DNA of 64,000 nucleotides from an uncultured Chthonomonas sp. (lineage in GTDB: Bacteria; Armatimonadota; Chthonomonadetes; Chthonomonadales; CAJBBX01). The notes under the pieces were generated by a model. The model worked only from the letters and a program-made list of their open reading frames with translations. It was not told the origin of the DNA and ran no database searches. Positions 19,916 to 28,617 of the stretch are shown one piece after another; position 1 is the first letter of the stretch; each line of letters opens with the position of its first letter. The stretch spans positions 1,063 to 65,062 of the forward strand of contig CAISJD010000192.1 of NCBI GenBank assembly GCA_903885605.1, in the 5' to 3' direction. The translations under genes were made by a program, and so were the position numbers.

Positions 19916-20004
19916 GTCCGTGGAAGTCCGTGTCCGTCCGTGCTCGTCCGTGCCGCCGTAAGGCCCACACGGACCTCCACGGACGAACACGGACGGACAC
20001 GGAC
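19916..20004. repeat. inverted array of phased heptamers: 4 x GTCCGTG then 4 x CACGGAC, each at 10-bp spacing
   Basis: GTCCGTG starts at 19916, 19926, 19936 and 19946. CACGGAC starts at 19968, 19978, 19988 and 19998. Bases 19926-19952 are complementary to 19978-20004 with one mismatch. The array lies between convergent stops at 19897 and 20025. Confidence 0.85.
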
Positions 20005-20024
20005 GGCCGCCCTTGCCCCGCCCC

Positions 20025-21689
20025 CTACGGCGGCAGGACCTGCAGCTCGTCGATGGTGGGGCCGTCGGTGGCTTCGAGGATGTTCAGCTTGATGCTGCGC
20101 GCCGTGAGGGCCGGGAAGGTGGCCACGTAGTCGGCTGGCATGGTGGTTCCGGTGAGGAGCGTCTTCCACTCGCCGGTGTCTCGGGCCAGCAGCTCGAAGC
20201 GGCGGATGCGCTCGGCGTAGAGGGCCTGCTGCAGGACGCGTACCTTGCCGACGGTGCGCGGCCTGGCCAGGTCCACCTGCAGCCATGCGCTGTGGGTGCC
20301 GGCGTCGGTGGCCCAGCGCGAGGCCGGATTGTCGTCGATGGCGGCCTCGGCGGAGTACTCCTCCATGTTCTGGAAAACGTTGCTGGCCGTGGCCTTGCCG
20401 TTGGCGCTCAGGGCTCCCGCCACGGTGATGGGCTTGATGGACGCCGCCGGGCGGTCCAGGTGGAGGGCGATGATCGTGTCGATGGCGCGACGCGTGGAGC
20501 GTGGCGCCGTGATGCGGAGGCCCTCGGCGGTCTGCTTCACGCGGGCGAGACCGCCCGTCACCACGGTCCAGCCCCGCACCCGCGCGGGTAGCGCCGGCAG
20601 CGTCACGGCGCCGTCGGCCCAGCGCATCAGGTGGAGGTAGATGGTCTTGTCGCGGCGCGTGGAGGCGCCCCAGGCTCCCGGCCGGTAGGGACCGCCGCGG
20701 GTGGCGTAGACTGTCTTGCCGAAGCTCCCCAGCCAGCGGCCCATCTCGGCCAGCCGCTTCACCTGCCGCGCCTCGATCTCGCCGGTGGGCATGGGGCCCA
20801 CGTTGAATAGCAGGTTGCCGTCGCCGCCGGCGCACTTCACCAGCGTCTGGAGGCACTGCGAGAGGGGCTTCATGGCGTCGCCGGGCTTCCAGGCCCACTG
20901 GTTGCAGATCGTCATGCAGGTCTCCCAGGGTCGCGAGTCCTGGTAGGCTCCGATGGTCTGCTCGGGCGTGTCGAAGTCGGCGGGCACGGCGCTGCGGTTG
21001 TTGATGAGTATGTCCGGCTGCAGCATCCGCGTGAAGTCCACCACGCGCTTGCCGCGCTCGGGCGAGAAGCCCTGCGGGACGTCGAACCACATGACGAGCA
21101 ACGGCCCGTAGTTGTTGATCAGCTCGGAGACCTGGCTGCGCAGGTAGACCTCGTAGCGGTCGAGGCTCGGGTTGGGCTTGTTGGTGCTGCCTCCGGGGCT
21201 GCCGTAGGGGAAGTCGGGGTGGCGCCAGTCGCAGACCGAGTGGTAGGTCCCGAACGCCAGCCCGCCCTTGCGGCAGGCCTCGGCCAGCTCCTTCACCACG
21301 TCGCGCTTGAAGGGCGAGCCCATGATGTTGTGGTCGGTCTGCTTGGTGTCGAACATGCAGAAGCCGTCATGGTGCTTCGTGGTGAAGACCATGTACTTCA
21401 TGCCGGCGGCTTTGGCGATGCGCACCCACTCGTCGGCGTTGAATGCCGTGGGGTTGAACTGCTTATAGAGCGCGTCGTACTCGGCCTGGGGCACGTCGGC
21501 CCCGCGCGACCAGCCGATCTCCGTGCCCTTGATGCTCACGGGGCCCCAGTGGATGAACATCCCGAACCGCGCATCGCGCCACCACTGGAGCTTCGCCGCG
21601 TTGGGCGCCGGAACCCCGGAGGCCGCCTGACCCGCGGCGGGAAGCCCGAGGACCACCGCCAAACCCACTGCCGCCAGCGCCCTGATCAT
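20025..21689 (-). CDS. alpha-L-fucosidase (GH29) with C-terminal F5/8 type C (discoidin) domain, secreted
   Basis: WWRDARFGMFIHWGPVS and MVFTTKHHDGFCMFDTK are GH29 signatures. The C-terminal ...AIDDNPASRWATDAGTHSAWLQVDL is discoidin-type. The ORF is open to GTG 21698, but that GTG abuts GGAGG. ATG 21689 has 8-nt spacing and is preferred. Confidence 0.88.
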   Translation of the reverse strand: MIRALAAVGLAVVLGLPAAGQAASGVPAPNAAKLQWWRDARFGMFIHWGPVSIKGTEIGWSRGADVPQAEYDALYKQFNPTAFNADEWVRIAKAAGMKYMVFTTKHHDGFCMFDTKQTDHNIMGSPFKRDVVKELAEACRKGGLAFGTYHSVCDWRHPDFPYGSPGGSTNKPNPSLDRYEVYLRSQVSELINNYGPLLVMWFDVPQGFSPERGKRVVDFTRMLQPDILINNRSAVPADFDTPEQTIGAYQDSRPWETCMTICNQWAWKPGDAMKPLSQCLQTLVKCAGGDGNLLFNVGPMPTGEIEARQVKRLAEMGRWLGSFGKTVYATRGGPYRPGAWGASTRRDKTIYLHLMRWADGAVTLPALPARVRGWTVVTGGLARVKQTAEGLRITAPRSTRRAIDTIIALHLDRPAASIKPITVAGALSANGKATASNVFQNMEEYSAEAAIDDNPASRWATDAGTHSAWLQVDLARPRTVGKVRVLQQALYAERIRRFELLARDTGEWKTLLTGTTMPADYVATFPALTARSIKLNILEATDGPTIDELQVLPP

Positions 21690-21964
21690 AAGATGCACCT
21701 CCTGTGCGGTGGCCGCACGGCCGACCTGAAGCTCGTCATACCGGAGTGGCCGTATCCCACCGGCGCATCCCAGAGGCTACCCCGACACGGTTCAAGAGCG
21801 CCACTTCCCTGGAACAGGAGAGCGGCTCCCATGGCCCGCATAGACGATGGTCTGTCCCCCCAAACTGAGGCACGGGATCAAGACGCGACGATGCCGTCGT
21901 GGGAGGCACGGCGGAATGGGCACGTTGCGCTGCCCAGACCTGGACCGCACGGGCCCGCCGTCCC

Positions 21965-22873
21965 TCAGCCCATCTGCCGCAAGATCGCTTCGATGCGGCT
22001 GATGGCCTCCATCTCGTGCGCCTCGGCTTCGGACAGGTGCGCCAGCTTGGCCTCGGGGGCGGTCCCTTTGTCGGCGCAGGATTGGAGCAGGGAGCCGATG
22101 GCCGCGTAGTGGTCCGCCAGGGGCGCGGCGGCCGACGGGTCGGGGAGCAGCGGGGCTATCTCCCGGAGGTACTCGGCTGCCCTGGTGCGCGACTCGGACC
22201 AGACCATGCCGTTCCACCAGCAGCCGTGGCCCGTGCCGTGGCCGGCCTCGACGGCGGACTTCCAGTTGGCGTAGGCGTCCGGACCCATGCCGTAGTCGCC
22301 CGCGCTGTGTGCCGCGGGGTTGCGCCAGAGGTCGACCGCATAGGCGAGGGCGGCTTGTGCGGCGGCGCGGTGGGCCAGGATGCGGCCCCGGCGGAAGACG
22401 TAGAAGTTGATATGGACCTCGTCGCCCAGCTCGGACCATGTGCCGTACGTGAGGCGGGCCGGCGGGAAGTCGTGCCCCGGCCAGGGCTGCGCGGTGCGGA
22501 AGCCGGTGTCGTCGCAGGCGGTGATGAGCTGGAACTCCATGTTGATCAGCATGCAGGGCTCGCGGCTCTCCAGCGCGTCGCGCAGTTGGGTCTCCACGTT
22601 GTCACGCTCATTGGGGGCGCTTCCGGCGTGGAAGAAGCCCAGCGAGGCCGTGTGGAGCCCCACGTTCTCCAGCAGCGCGAAGATCGGCGCCCGGTCGAAG
22701 CAGTAGGGCCCGCTGGGGCAGAGCTGGTTGTGGATGTTCATGGCGAAGGCGTGCCCGGAGGCGCCGTAGGTGAAGGCGTCCGTCACGCCGATGCCGTAGT
22801 GGTCCAGCGCGCCCCGTACCGCGCCCATGAAGGTGCTGCTGAACGGGGCCTGGTGCAGATGATCCAGTTGCAT
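21965..22873 (-). CDS. hypothetical protein (302 aa), no family recognised
   Basis: Strong SD (GAGGAGGAG) before ATG 22873. Normal, non-R/P-biased composition. Sits in a same-strand string with the GH127-like and fucosidase genes. Confidence 0.5.
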   Translation of the reverse strand: MQLDHLHQAPFSSTFMGAVRGALDHYGIGVTDAFTYGASGHAFAMNIHNQLCPSGPYCFDRAPIFALLENVGLHTASLGFFHAGSAPNERDNVETQLRDALESREPCMLINMEFQLITACDDTGFRTAQPWPGHDFPPARLTYGTWSELGDEVHINFYVFRRGRILAHRAAAQAALAYAVDLWRNPAAHSAGDYGMGPDAYANWKSAVEAGHGTGHGCWWNGMVWSESRTRAAEYLREIAPLLPDPSAAAPLADHYAAIGSLLQSCADKGTAPEAKLAHLSEAEAHEMEAISRIEAILRQMG

Positions 22874-22905
22874 GGCATCTCCTCCTCAGACGGCGGCGTC
22901 GGGCC

Positions 22906-24771
22906 TCACCTGAGCCGCCAGTAGTCGATGGGGCTGCGATCCTCATGGAGCGGCGTGGGCCGCGGCTCCACGTCGGCCAGCATGTGCGAGCGCTGATAGA
23001 GCCTGCCGGGGCCTTCTTCGCCGTAGAAGAGCTCGACGCGCTTCTTCTCGAAGTCGGAGAAGCCGCTCTTCGGCATGCGGCCCACGGGCTCCATGCGCAC
23101 CACCGTATCGCCCTTCCAGGTCACGCGGTAGGTGTAGCGGTTGAAGCCGCCCTGGGTCTTGGCGCCGGCCTCCTTCATCAGCGGGTACCAGACCTGCGCC
23201 TTGCCGGTCGACTTGCGGTTGCCGATGGTGACCTTCTCGGTGCGGGTGGGCAGCGGGTAGCGCGCCTCGATCATCTGCCCGGCCCGGGCGCCGGCGATGC
23301 GCAGGAAGCAGCCCGTGGCGGCGGCCTCGACGGGCTTGCCGTCGATGGTGACCGTCACCTCCTCGTGGCAGGTGAAGTCCGGGATGCGGACGCGGACCTC
23401 GCAGTCGGCCTTCAGGTCGATGTGCAGGAGGCCGCGATAGGGCTGCAGGCAGCGGACCTCGGCCTGCGGAAGGAGCTTGTCGAGGTGCATGTTGACGCAG
23501 AGGACGCCGTCGTCGAACCGCGAGGCGTTCTTCCAGGCGATGTAGTAGGCGTGGGTGCCGGAGCCGCCGCAGCAGTTCTGGAAGGCCCGCGTCTTGCCGC
23601 GCAGCTCGGGTCCGCCCCAGTGGAGGAACTCGCGGCAGGCCACGAAGTGCGTGGGCGAGCTCCAGCCGGCGTAGGCTCCCACCATGCGCTCGCCCACATC
23701 GCGGTGCGTGAACTGCTCGGTGTCCTTGCTGCCCGGGTCGGAGACGAGCCACGAGTTGTCCACGGCCTGGCTCTCGGCGAGCTGGTTGCGGACGAGGCGC
23801 TCGATGCCGGCCCAGTACTCGGGGTGCCCGTTGTTGGCCAGCGTCGCGCCGATGCCGATGTAGTCCATGAGCGAGCAGGTCTCGCAGGCGATGACGTCGC
23901 CCTGGCGGTCGACCACCTCGGGCAGGAAGCCGAAGCCGGGGTCCAGCGAGCGGAGGTACCGGTATGCGCCGTCCACGCGGCTGAAGAGGACGGGGTCCTT
24001 GACGTAGAGCGCGTAGTCGGCCATCCCCACGAGGCCGCGGGTGAACATATGCATGTGGCCGCCGCGGGGGTAGGTGTTGTCATCCTGGATGATGGGCGCC
24101 TTCTCCGTCACCAGCCGCACGCATTCGCCGGCGTAGGCCACGGCGGGCTCGTACTTGAGGCTCCGGGCGGCCGCCATGAGGCTCTTGATGACGAAGCACA
24201 TGAAGCCGGGGTTGTCGTTGCGGACCCTGGGGAAGCCGTCCACCATGCGCCGGATGACGGCGGCGAGCTCGGGCTTGGGCGCGTCGTCGTAGACCGTGAC
24301 CAGCGCGTAGAGCGTCAGGGCGTAGTCGCCTGGGTCGGCCGTGCGCTCGCTGAAGCCGGTCTTGGGCCGCGTGAGGAGGCCTGTGTCGGGGTCGATGTAT
24401 CCGAGCGCCTTGCGGAGCCAGGGCTGCTCGCTGGTGGAGGCGCGGCCCGTCATCTGCCTCGCCATGACGGCGCCCTGCAGGGCCCGGGTCATCACATCGC
24501 CAAAGTCGGGCCAGTCGTGCGCGGCCTCGGCGGGCGTCTCCCAGAAGACGTTGAAGTAGGGCAGGTGGTCGGCGTCGACCATGCGGTCCAGGTAGTTGAA
24601 GGCCCGGCGGGCGTAGGTCTCCAGCGCGAACGTCTCGTGCAAGGCTCTCTCCTTGTCGGCGGCGGGCACGGCGCGCACCGGGGCGGCAGACATCGCGGCA
24701 ACCAGCGCCGGCAGCAGCAGCATGGTTCCGCGTAGGAAGGCCGAACTCCTGCGGCGGGGCGAGGACATCAT
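22906..24771 (-). CDS. secreted DUF1680 / GH127-like (beta-L-arabinofuranosidase-like) glycoside hydrolase
   Basis: Signal MMSSPRRRSSAFLRGTMLLLPALVAAMSAAPVRA. E-x-C (VIACETCSLMDY) and adjacent Cys-Cys (FQNCCGGSG) resemble the Glu/Cys3 zinc-site layout known from GH127 HypBA1. The start ATG overlaps the upstream stop (ATGA at 24768-24771). Confidence 0.55.
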   Translation of the reverse strand: MMSSPRRRSSAFLRGTMLLLPALVAAMSAAPVRAVPAADKERALHETFALETYARRAFNYLDRMVDADHLPYFNVFWETPAEAAHDWPDFGDVMTRALQGAVMARQMTGRASTSEQPWLRKALGYIDPDTGLLTRPKTGFSERTADPGDYALTLYALVTVYDDAPKPELAAVIRRMVDGFPRVRNDNPGFMCFVIKSLMAAARSLKYEPAVAYAGECVRLVTEKAPIIQDDNTYPRGGHMHMFTRGLVGMADYALYVKDPVLFSRVDGAYRYLRSLDPGFGFLPEVVDRQGDVIACETCSLMDYIGIGATLANNGHPEYWAGIERLVRNQLAESQAVDNSWLVSDPGSKDTEQFTHRDVGERMVGAYAGWSSPTHFVACREFLHWGGPELRGKTRAFQNCCGGSGTHAYYIAWKNASRFDDGVLCVNMHLDKLLPQAEVRCLQPYRGLLHIDLKADCEVRVRIPDFTCHEEVTVTIDGKPVEAAATGCFLRIAGARAGQMIEARYPLPTRTEKVTIGNRKSTGKAQVWYPLMKEAGAKTQGGFNRYTYRVTWKGDTVVRMEPVGRMPKSGFSDFEKKRVELFYGEEGPGRLYQRSHMLADVEPRPTPLHEDRSPIDYWRLR

Positions 24772-25761
24772 GCCAGCCCCGGCAGCATGGCCGCGGTGAC
24801 GGCGTCCAGCAGCGGCTCGCCGCGCAGGATGCGGCCCAGTTCGTCGAGCATCCGGTCGCCCAGCAGACCCACCTCGCCCTGGATGGCGCCGGCGAGGTGC
24901 GTGCTCACCTGAACGTTGGGAAGGCCCCAGAGCGGCGATGCGGGAGGCATGGGCTCAGGGTGCGTCACATCCAGCAGGGCGGTGAGGTCGGGCCGTTCGG
25001 CCATGACGGCGGCCAGGTCTCCCTCGTTCACGGTGCGCCCCCGGCCGGTGTTGATGAAGCAGGCGCCGGGACGCAGGGAGCGGAGCAGGCGCGCATCGAT
25101 CAGCCCCGCCACCTCGTCCTTGTCGGCCAGGTGGTTGGAGACCACGAAGCCCTGGGCGAAGGCCTCCTCCACGGCGACCTTCTCGACGCCCAACGAGGCG
25201 GCCCTCTCGGCGGCGAGGAAGGGATCGAAGACCAGCAGGCGCAGGCCCAGCGGCCTCAGCAGGTCGATCACGGCGCAGCCCACGGCCCCTGCCCCCAGGA
25301 GCGCTACGGTCTCGCCGCACGAGCCCGGCCCCATGAAGGCCTGCTGCCAGACGGCGGGGTCGGCCCGGTACTCCCGCACGTTGCGGAAGTAGCCCTTCAG
25401 CGCCAGCAGCGTCTGCGCCAGCACCGTGCGGGCCACGGGCGCGGCGTTGGCGCGCCATGCGCTGGAGACGGCGACGCCCCGCTCCAGCAGCGGCGCGGCG
25501 AAGGGATGCACCGACCCGGCGGCGTAGAGCACGGCCCGCAGGCGCGGCAGGCGGTCCAGGTCGGCCGCCTCCAGCCGGGGCATGCCCCAGGTGGAGAGGA
25601 TGGCCTCCACGCCGGCCAGTTCGCCCAACCGATCGCGCACCTCGGCGGGTTCGACGTGGAGCGGCGGCAGGCCGGTCATCTCCTCGATGCGCTTCAGCCG
25701 GCCGGGTCCGTAGACGCGGTCGACGAGGCGCCGGGGCGCCAGCAGGGCGGTGGTGAGCATG
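24768..25761 (-). CDS. D-isomer-specific 2-hydroxyacid dehydrogenase family protein
   Basis: AAGGAG SD before ATG 25761 (MLTTALL...). NAD fold GETVALLGAGAVGCAV and catalytic region FINTGRGRTVNEGDL...ALLDVTHPEP. The track ORF extension to 26234 is low-complexity. Confidence 0.8.
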
Positions 25762-25905
25762 GGCGGTATCTCCTTCTCACGGGCAGGTTCGCCGCGTGCG
25801 CCGATGATCCCTTCGCGCCGTATGCAGGACTCCCGGGCGCCCACGCAGAATGATGCATGCGACACGACGCGGCACCGGACGCCGCGTGCCAAGGGAGCCA
25901 TTGCC

Positions 25906-27210
25906 ATGCACGAAAGCAGCGAGAACGGCGCCACGCGCCGGGAGTTCATTGAGAGCACGGGGAAGGTGGCGGGCGTCGCGGCGCTGGCCGGCATGCTCCC
26001 CGTGGGCGTCCATGCGTCCCCTGCCGCCGACAAGATCAAGGTGGGCCTCGTGGGTTGCGGCGGGCGCGGCACGGGCGCGGCCATGCAGGCGCTCTCGGCC
26101 GATCCCAGCGTCAACCTGGTGGCCGTGGGCGACGCCTTCAAGTCGCAGGTTGACGGCGCGCTGGCCGCGCTGAAGGGCGAGGCCTCCGTGGCCGCCCGCG
26201 TGGATGTGGCCGCCGACAAGCAGTTCGTGGGCATCGACTGCTACAAGGGCGTGATCAACTCGGGCATCGACGTGGTGCTCCTGGCCTCGCCGCCCGGCTT
26301 CCGCCCACGCGAGATCCGCTATGCCGTCGAAGCCGGCAAGCATGTCTTCGCCGAGAAGCCCGCGGGCACCGACCCGGTGAACGCCCGTAGCGTCATCGAG
26401 TCCGCCGCCATCGCGGAGCAGAAGAAGCTCTGCTTCGTCGCCGGCTATTGCTGGCGCTATGATACGCCCCGGCGCGAGTTCTACAAGCGCGTGCTGGGCG
26501 GCGAGCTGGGCGAGATTCGCCACGTCCACGCCACCTACATCACCGGCCCGGTGAAGCCCATGCCCCCTGCCTCCGAGCGGCCGGCGGGAATGGGCGACGT
26601 GGAGTGGCAGGTGCGCAACTGGTACAACTTTGCCTGGCTCTCCGGCGACGGGTTGGTCGAGCAGGCCTGCCACAGCGTCGATAAGATTCTCTGGGCGTTC
26701 AACGACCAGCCGCCCCTCCGATGCGTCGGCACCGGCGGCCGGGTGAACCCCAACAACGAGGGCAACATCTTCGACCACATCGACGTGTTCTACGAGTGGC
26801 CCAACGGCGCCCGCGCCACCATGGCCCAGCGGCAGATCAACGGCTGCAAGTCCGACAACTCGGACTACCTGGCAGGCGCCAACGGCTACGGCATCATCAG
26901 CGGCGGCAATGTCGCCATCAAGGCCGGCGCCGGATGGGCTTGGAAGGGCAACTCCAAGTCCATGTACCAGATCGAGCATGACGAGCTCTTTGCGGCCATC
27001 AAGGCGGGCAAGACCATCAATGACGGCAAGCGAATGGCCATCAGCACCATCGCCGGCATCATGGGGCGCATGGCCGCCTACACCGGACAGGAAGTGACCT
27101 GGCAGCAGGTGATGGAGTCCGGATGGGACCTCTTCCCCAACCCGCTGACGTGGGACATGAAGCTGGCCATCGATCCCATGGCCCAGCCGGGCAAGACGCC
27201 GCTACGCTAA
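25906..27210 (+). CDS. Tat-exported Gfo/Idh/MocA-family NAD(P)-dependent oxidoreductase
   Basis: AAGGGAG before ATG 25906. Twin-arginine signal TRREFIESTGKVAGVAALAGM. Rossmann start KVGLVGCGGRGTGAA and the EKP motif (VFAEKP). Confidence 0.8.
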   Translation: MHESSENGATRREFIESTGKVAGVAALAGMLPVGVHASPAADKIKVGLVGCGGRGTGAAMQALSADPSVNLVAVGDAFKSQVDGALAALKGEASVAARVDVAADKQFVGIDCYKGVINSGIDVVLLASPPGFRPREIRYAVEAGKHVFAEKPAGTDPVNARSVIESAAIAEQKKLCFVAGYCWRYDTPRREFYKRVLGGELGEIRHVHATYITGPVKPMPPASERPAGMGDVEWQVRNWYNFAWLSGDGLVEQACHSVDKILWAFNDQPPLRCVGTGGRVNPNNEGNIFDHIDVFYEWPNGARATMAQRQINGCKSDNSDYLAGANGYGIISGGNVAIKAGAGWAWKGNSKSMYQIEHDELFAAIKAGKTINDGKRMAISTIAGIMGRMAAYTGQEVTWQQVMESGWDLFPNPLTWDMKLAIDPMAQPGKTPLR

Positions 27211-27271
27211 AGGACCCTCAGGCCTCCGTCGCAAGCCGGAGGCCTTGCCCATGGACCGGAGGGGCGCCGAT

Positions 27272-28105
27272 ATGCTGAACTTCACAGTGAACGCTGAGAC
27301 CTGCACACGGTGCGGCGAGTGTGCGCTGGACTGCCCGGTGCGCATCATCGAGCAACCCGGCGAAGGCGTGCCGTACATCAAGCCTGAGGAAGAAGATGAC
27401 TGCATGCGGTGCCAGCACTGCCTGGCGGTCTGCCCGGTGGGGGCCATCTCCATCCTGGGCAGGAACCCCGAGCAGAGCCTCCCGCTGGATCCCGCAAAGC
27501 TGCCCACGCTGGAGCAGATGGGCCTCCTGGTGCGTGGCCGAAGGACGTGCCGCCGGTACCTGGATGTAAACGTCGACCCTGACCTGCTCTCGGGCATCCT
27601 GGCGCACCTCTGCCACGCGCCCACGGGCGTGAACCGGCAGGAGCTCACCTTCCGCGTCATCGACGACAAGGAAGAGATGCGCAAGATCCGGGAGACGACG
27701 CTGACCAGCGTCCTGGCCGCACGCGAGGCGGGGACGCTGCCCGAGGGCGCCGCCTACCTGCACAGCGTGGCGGCGCGGTTCTACTCGAGGAAGCTGGACA
27801 TCCTCTTCCGCGGAGCGCCGCACGCGCTGATCATCTCAGCCCCGGCAGATGCGCCCTGCCCCGAGCAGGACGTGACGCTGGCTCTGGCCTACTTCGAGCT
27901 CATGGCGAACAGCGCGGGGTTGGGGACCGTCTGGTGGGGCCTCCTCAAGATGGCGCTGGGCGCCCTGCCGGAGCTGAAGCCGCTCTTCGGCATCCCCGAC
28001 GGGCATGTCTACTACGCCATGCTCTTCGGCGTGCCGGCCTTCCGTTACCAGCGCACGACCCAGCGCGACGGGCTATCGCCCATCGTGAGGATCACCGCGC
28101 CGTAG
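27272..28105 (+). CDS. 2x[4Fe-4S] ferredoxin domain fused to nitroreductase-family domain
   Basis: CTRCGECALDCP and CMRCQHCLAVCP cluster motifs, followed by the nitroreductase pattern (RRTCRRY..., ...LALAYFELMANSAGLGTVWWG). GGAGGGG lies 7 nt upstream of ATG 27272. ATG 27251 and TTG 27245 are alternative starts. Confidence 0.75.
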   Translation: MLNFTVNAETCTRCGECALDCPVRIIEQPGEGVPYIKPEEEDDCMRCQHCLAVCPVGAISILGRNPEQSLPLDPAKLPTLEQMGLLVRGRRTCRRYLDVNVDPDLLSGILAHLCHAPTGVNRQELTFRVIDDKEEMRKIRETTLTSVLAAREAGTLPEGAAYLHSVAARFYSRKLDILFRGAPHALIISAPADAPCPEQDVTLALAYFELMANSAGLGTVWWGLLKMALGALPELKPLFGIPDGHVYYAMLFGVPAFRYQRTTQRDGLSPIVRITAP

Positions 28106-28115
28106 GGCGGCAGGG

Positions 28116-28613
28116 CTAGCCGGCGGCCTGCTGCTCGGCCACGCGGACGGCAGCCTCGATGAACGGGAGGAGCTTCACCACGACGGGGCCGGCGCTGTAG
28201 GGGTTGATTCGGGCAAAGGAGTGCTCGACGGGGGCCGTGACGACGCCGGCGGCCTCCCAGGGGTACTCAGCGTTCGGCCCGTCACCCGCAAGCGCGGGCG
28301 CCAACGCTTCCAGTTCGCTCGCGACACCTGCAATGGAGCGGAGGTACGCCCGAAACTGCAGCGATGAGGTGCCGCAGGCCTCGCGCATTCCGGGCACCAG
28401 GTGCGCCGACTGGACGAACCTGGTGAAGGCCCGGTGTGTATGCGCCAAGGGCTCGTGCCGGCACGCGAAGCCCTTGGCGAGTTTCTCCGCCGCCATCTGC
28501 AGGTAGTGGAGCGGGTGGCACGCGGCTATCCCGTCCATGGCCATGAGCCGTTGCGCCACATCGAAATCGGACCGGGCCTGCAGGAAGAAGGCACGACGCC
28601 AATCGGCCGCCAT
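28116..28613 (-). CDS. hypothetical protein, HEPN-like helical domain
   Basis: The N-terminus WRRAFFLQARSDFDVAQRL....HYLQMAAEKLAKGF matches the typical HEPN helix-1 to helix-3 pattern. A possible R-x5-H motif is present (RHEPLAH). Starts 4 nt after the upstream stop. Confidence 0.4.
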   Translation of the reverse strand: MAADWRRAFFLQARSDFDVAQRLMAMDGIAACHPLHYLQMAAEKLAKGFACRHEPLAHTHRAFTRFVQSAHLVPGMREACGTSSLQFRAYLRSIAGVASELEALAPALAGDGPNAEYPWEAAGVVTAPVEHSFARINPYSAGPVVVKLLPFIEAAVRVAEQQAAG

Positions 28614-28617
28614 CCGG

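Noticed and set aside
19916-20004. Possibility that the GTCCGTG arrays are a CRISPR array
   Set aside because: The units are 7 nt with 3-nt spacers, far below CRISPR repeat and spacer sizes. The array is internally inverted, and no cas genes are present.
17989-20130. 713-aa plus-strand and 623-aa minus-strand (18119..19990) ORFs overlapping the NPCBM gene and the repeat array
   Set aside because: The composition is extremely Arg/Pro/Gly/Ala-rich. The ORFs are out of frame with, or antisense to, a gene that has a recognisable domain and signal peptide. Both read through the GTCCGTG array, producing 'HGRTRTDTD' strings.
22945-24735. 596-aa plus-strand ORF antisense to the GH127-like gene. The same kind of ORF occurs at 37806..39968, 47353..49311, 47423..48736, 19906..21090, 4030..5121, 5639..6859, 25777..26979, 41690..42769 and 45502..46533.
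   Set aside because: All are mirror or offset frames of motif-bearing genes. They have G/A/R/P/V-biased composition, no SD-start context and no recognisable domains. Such ORFs are expected in GC-rich DNA, where stop codons are rare.
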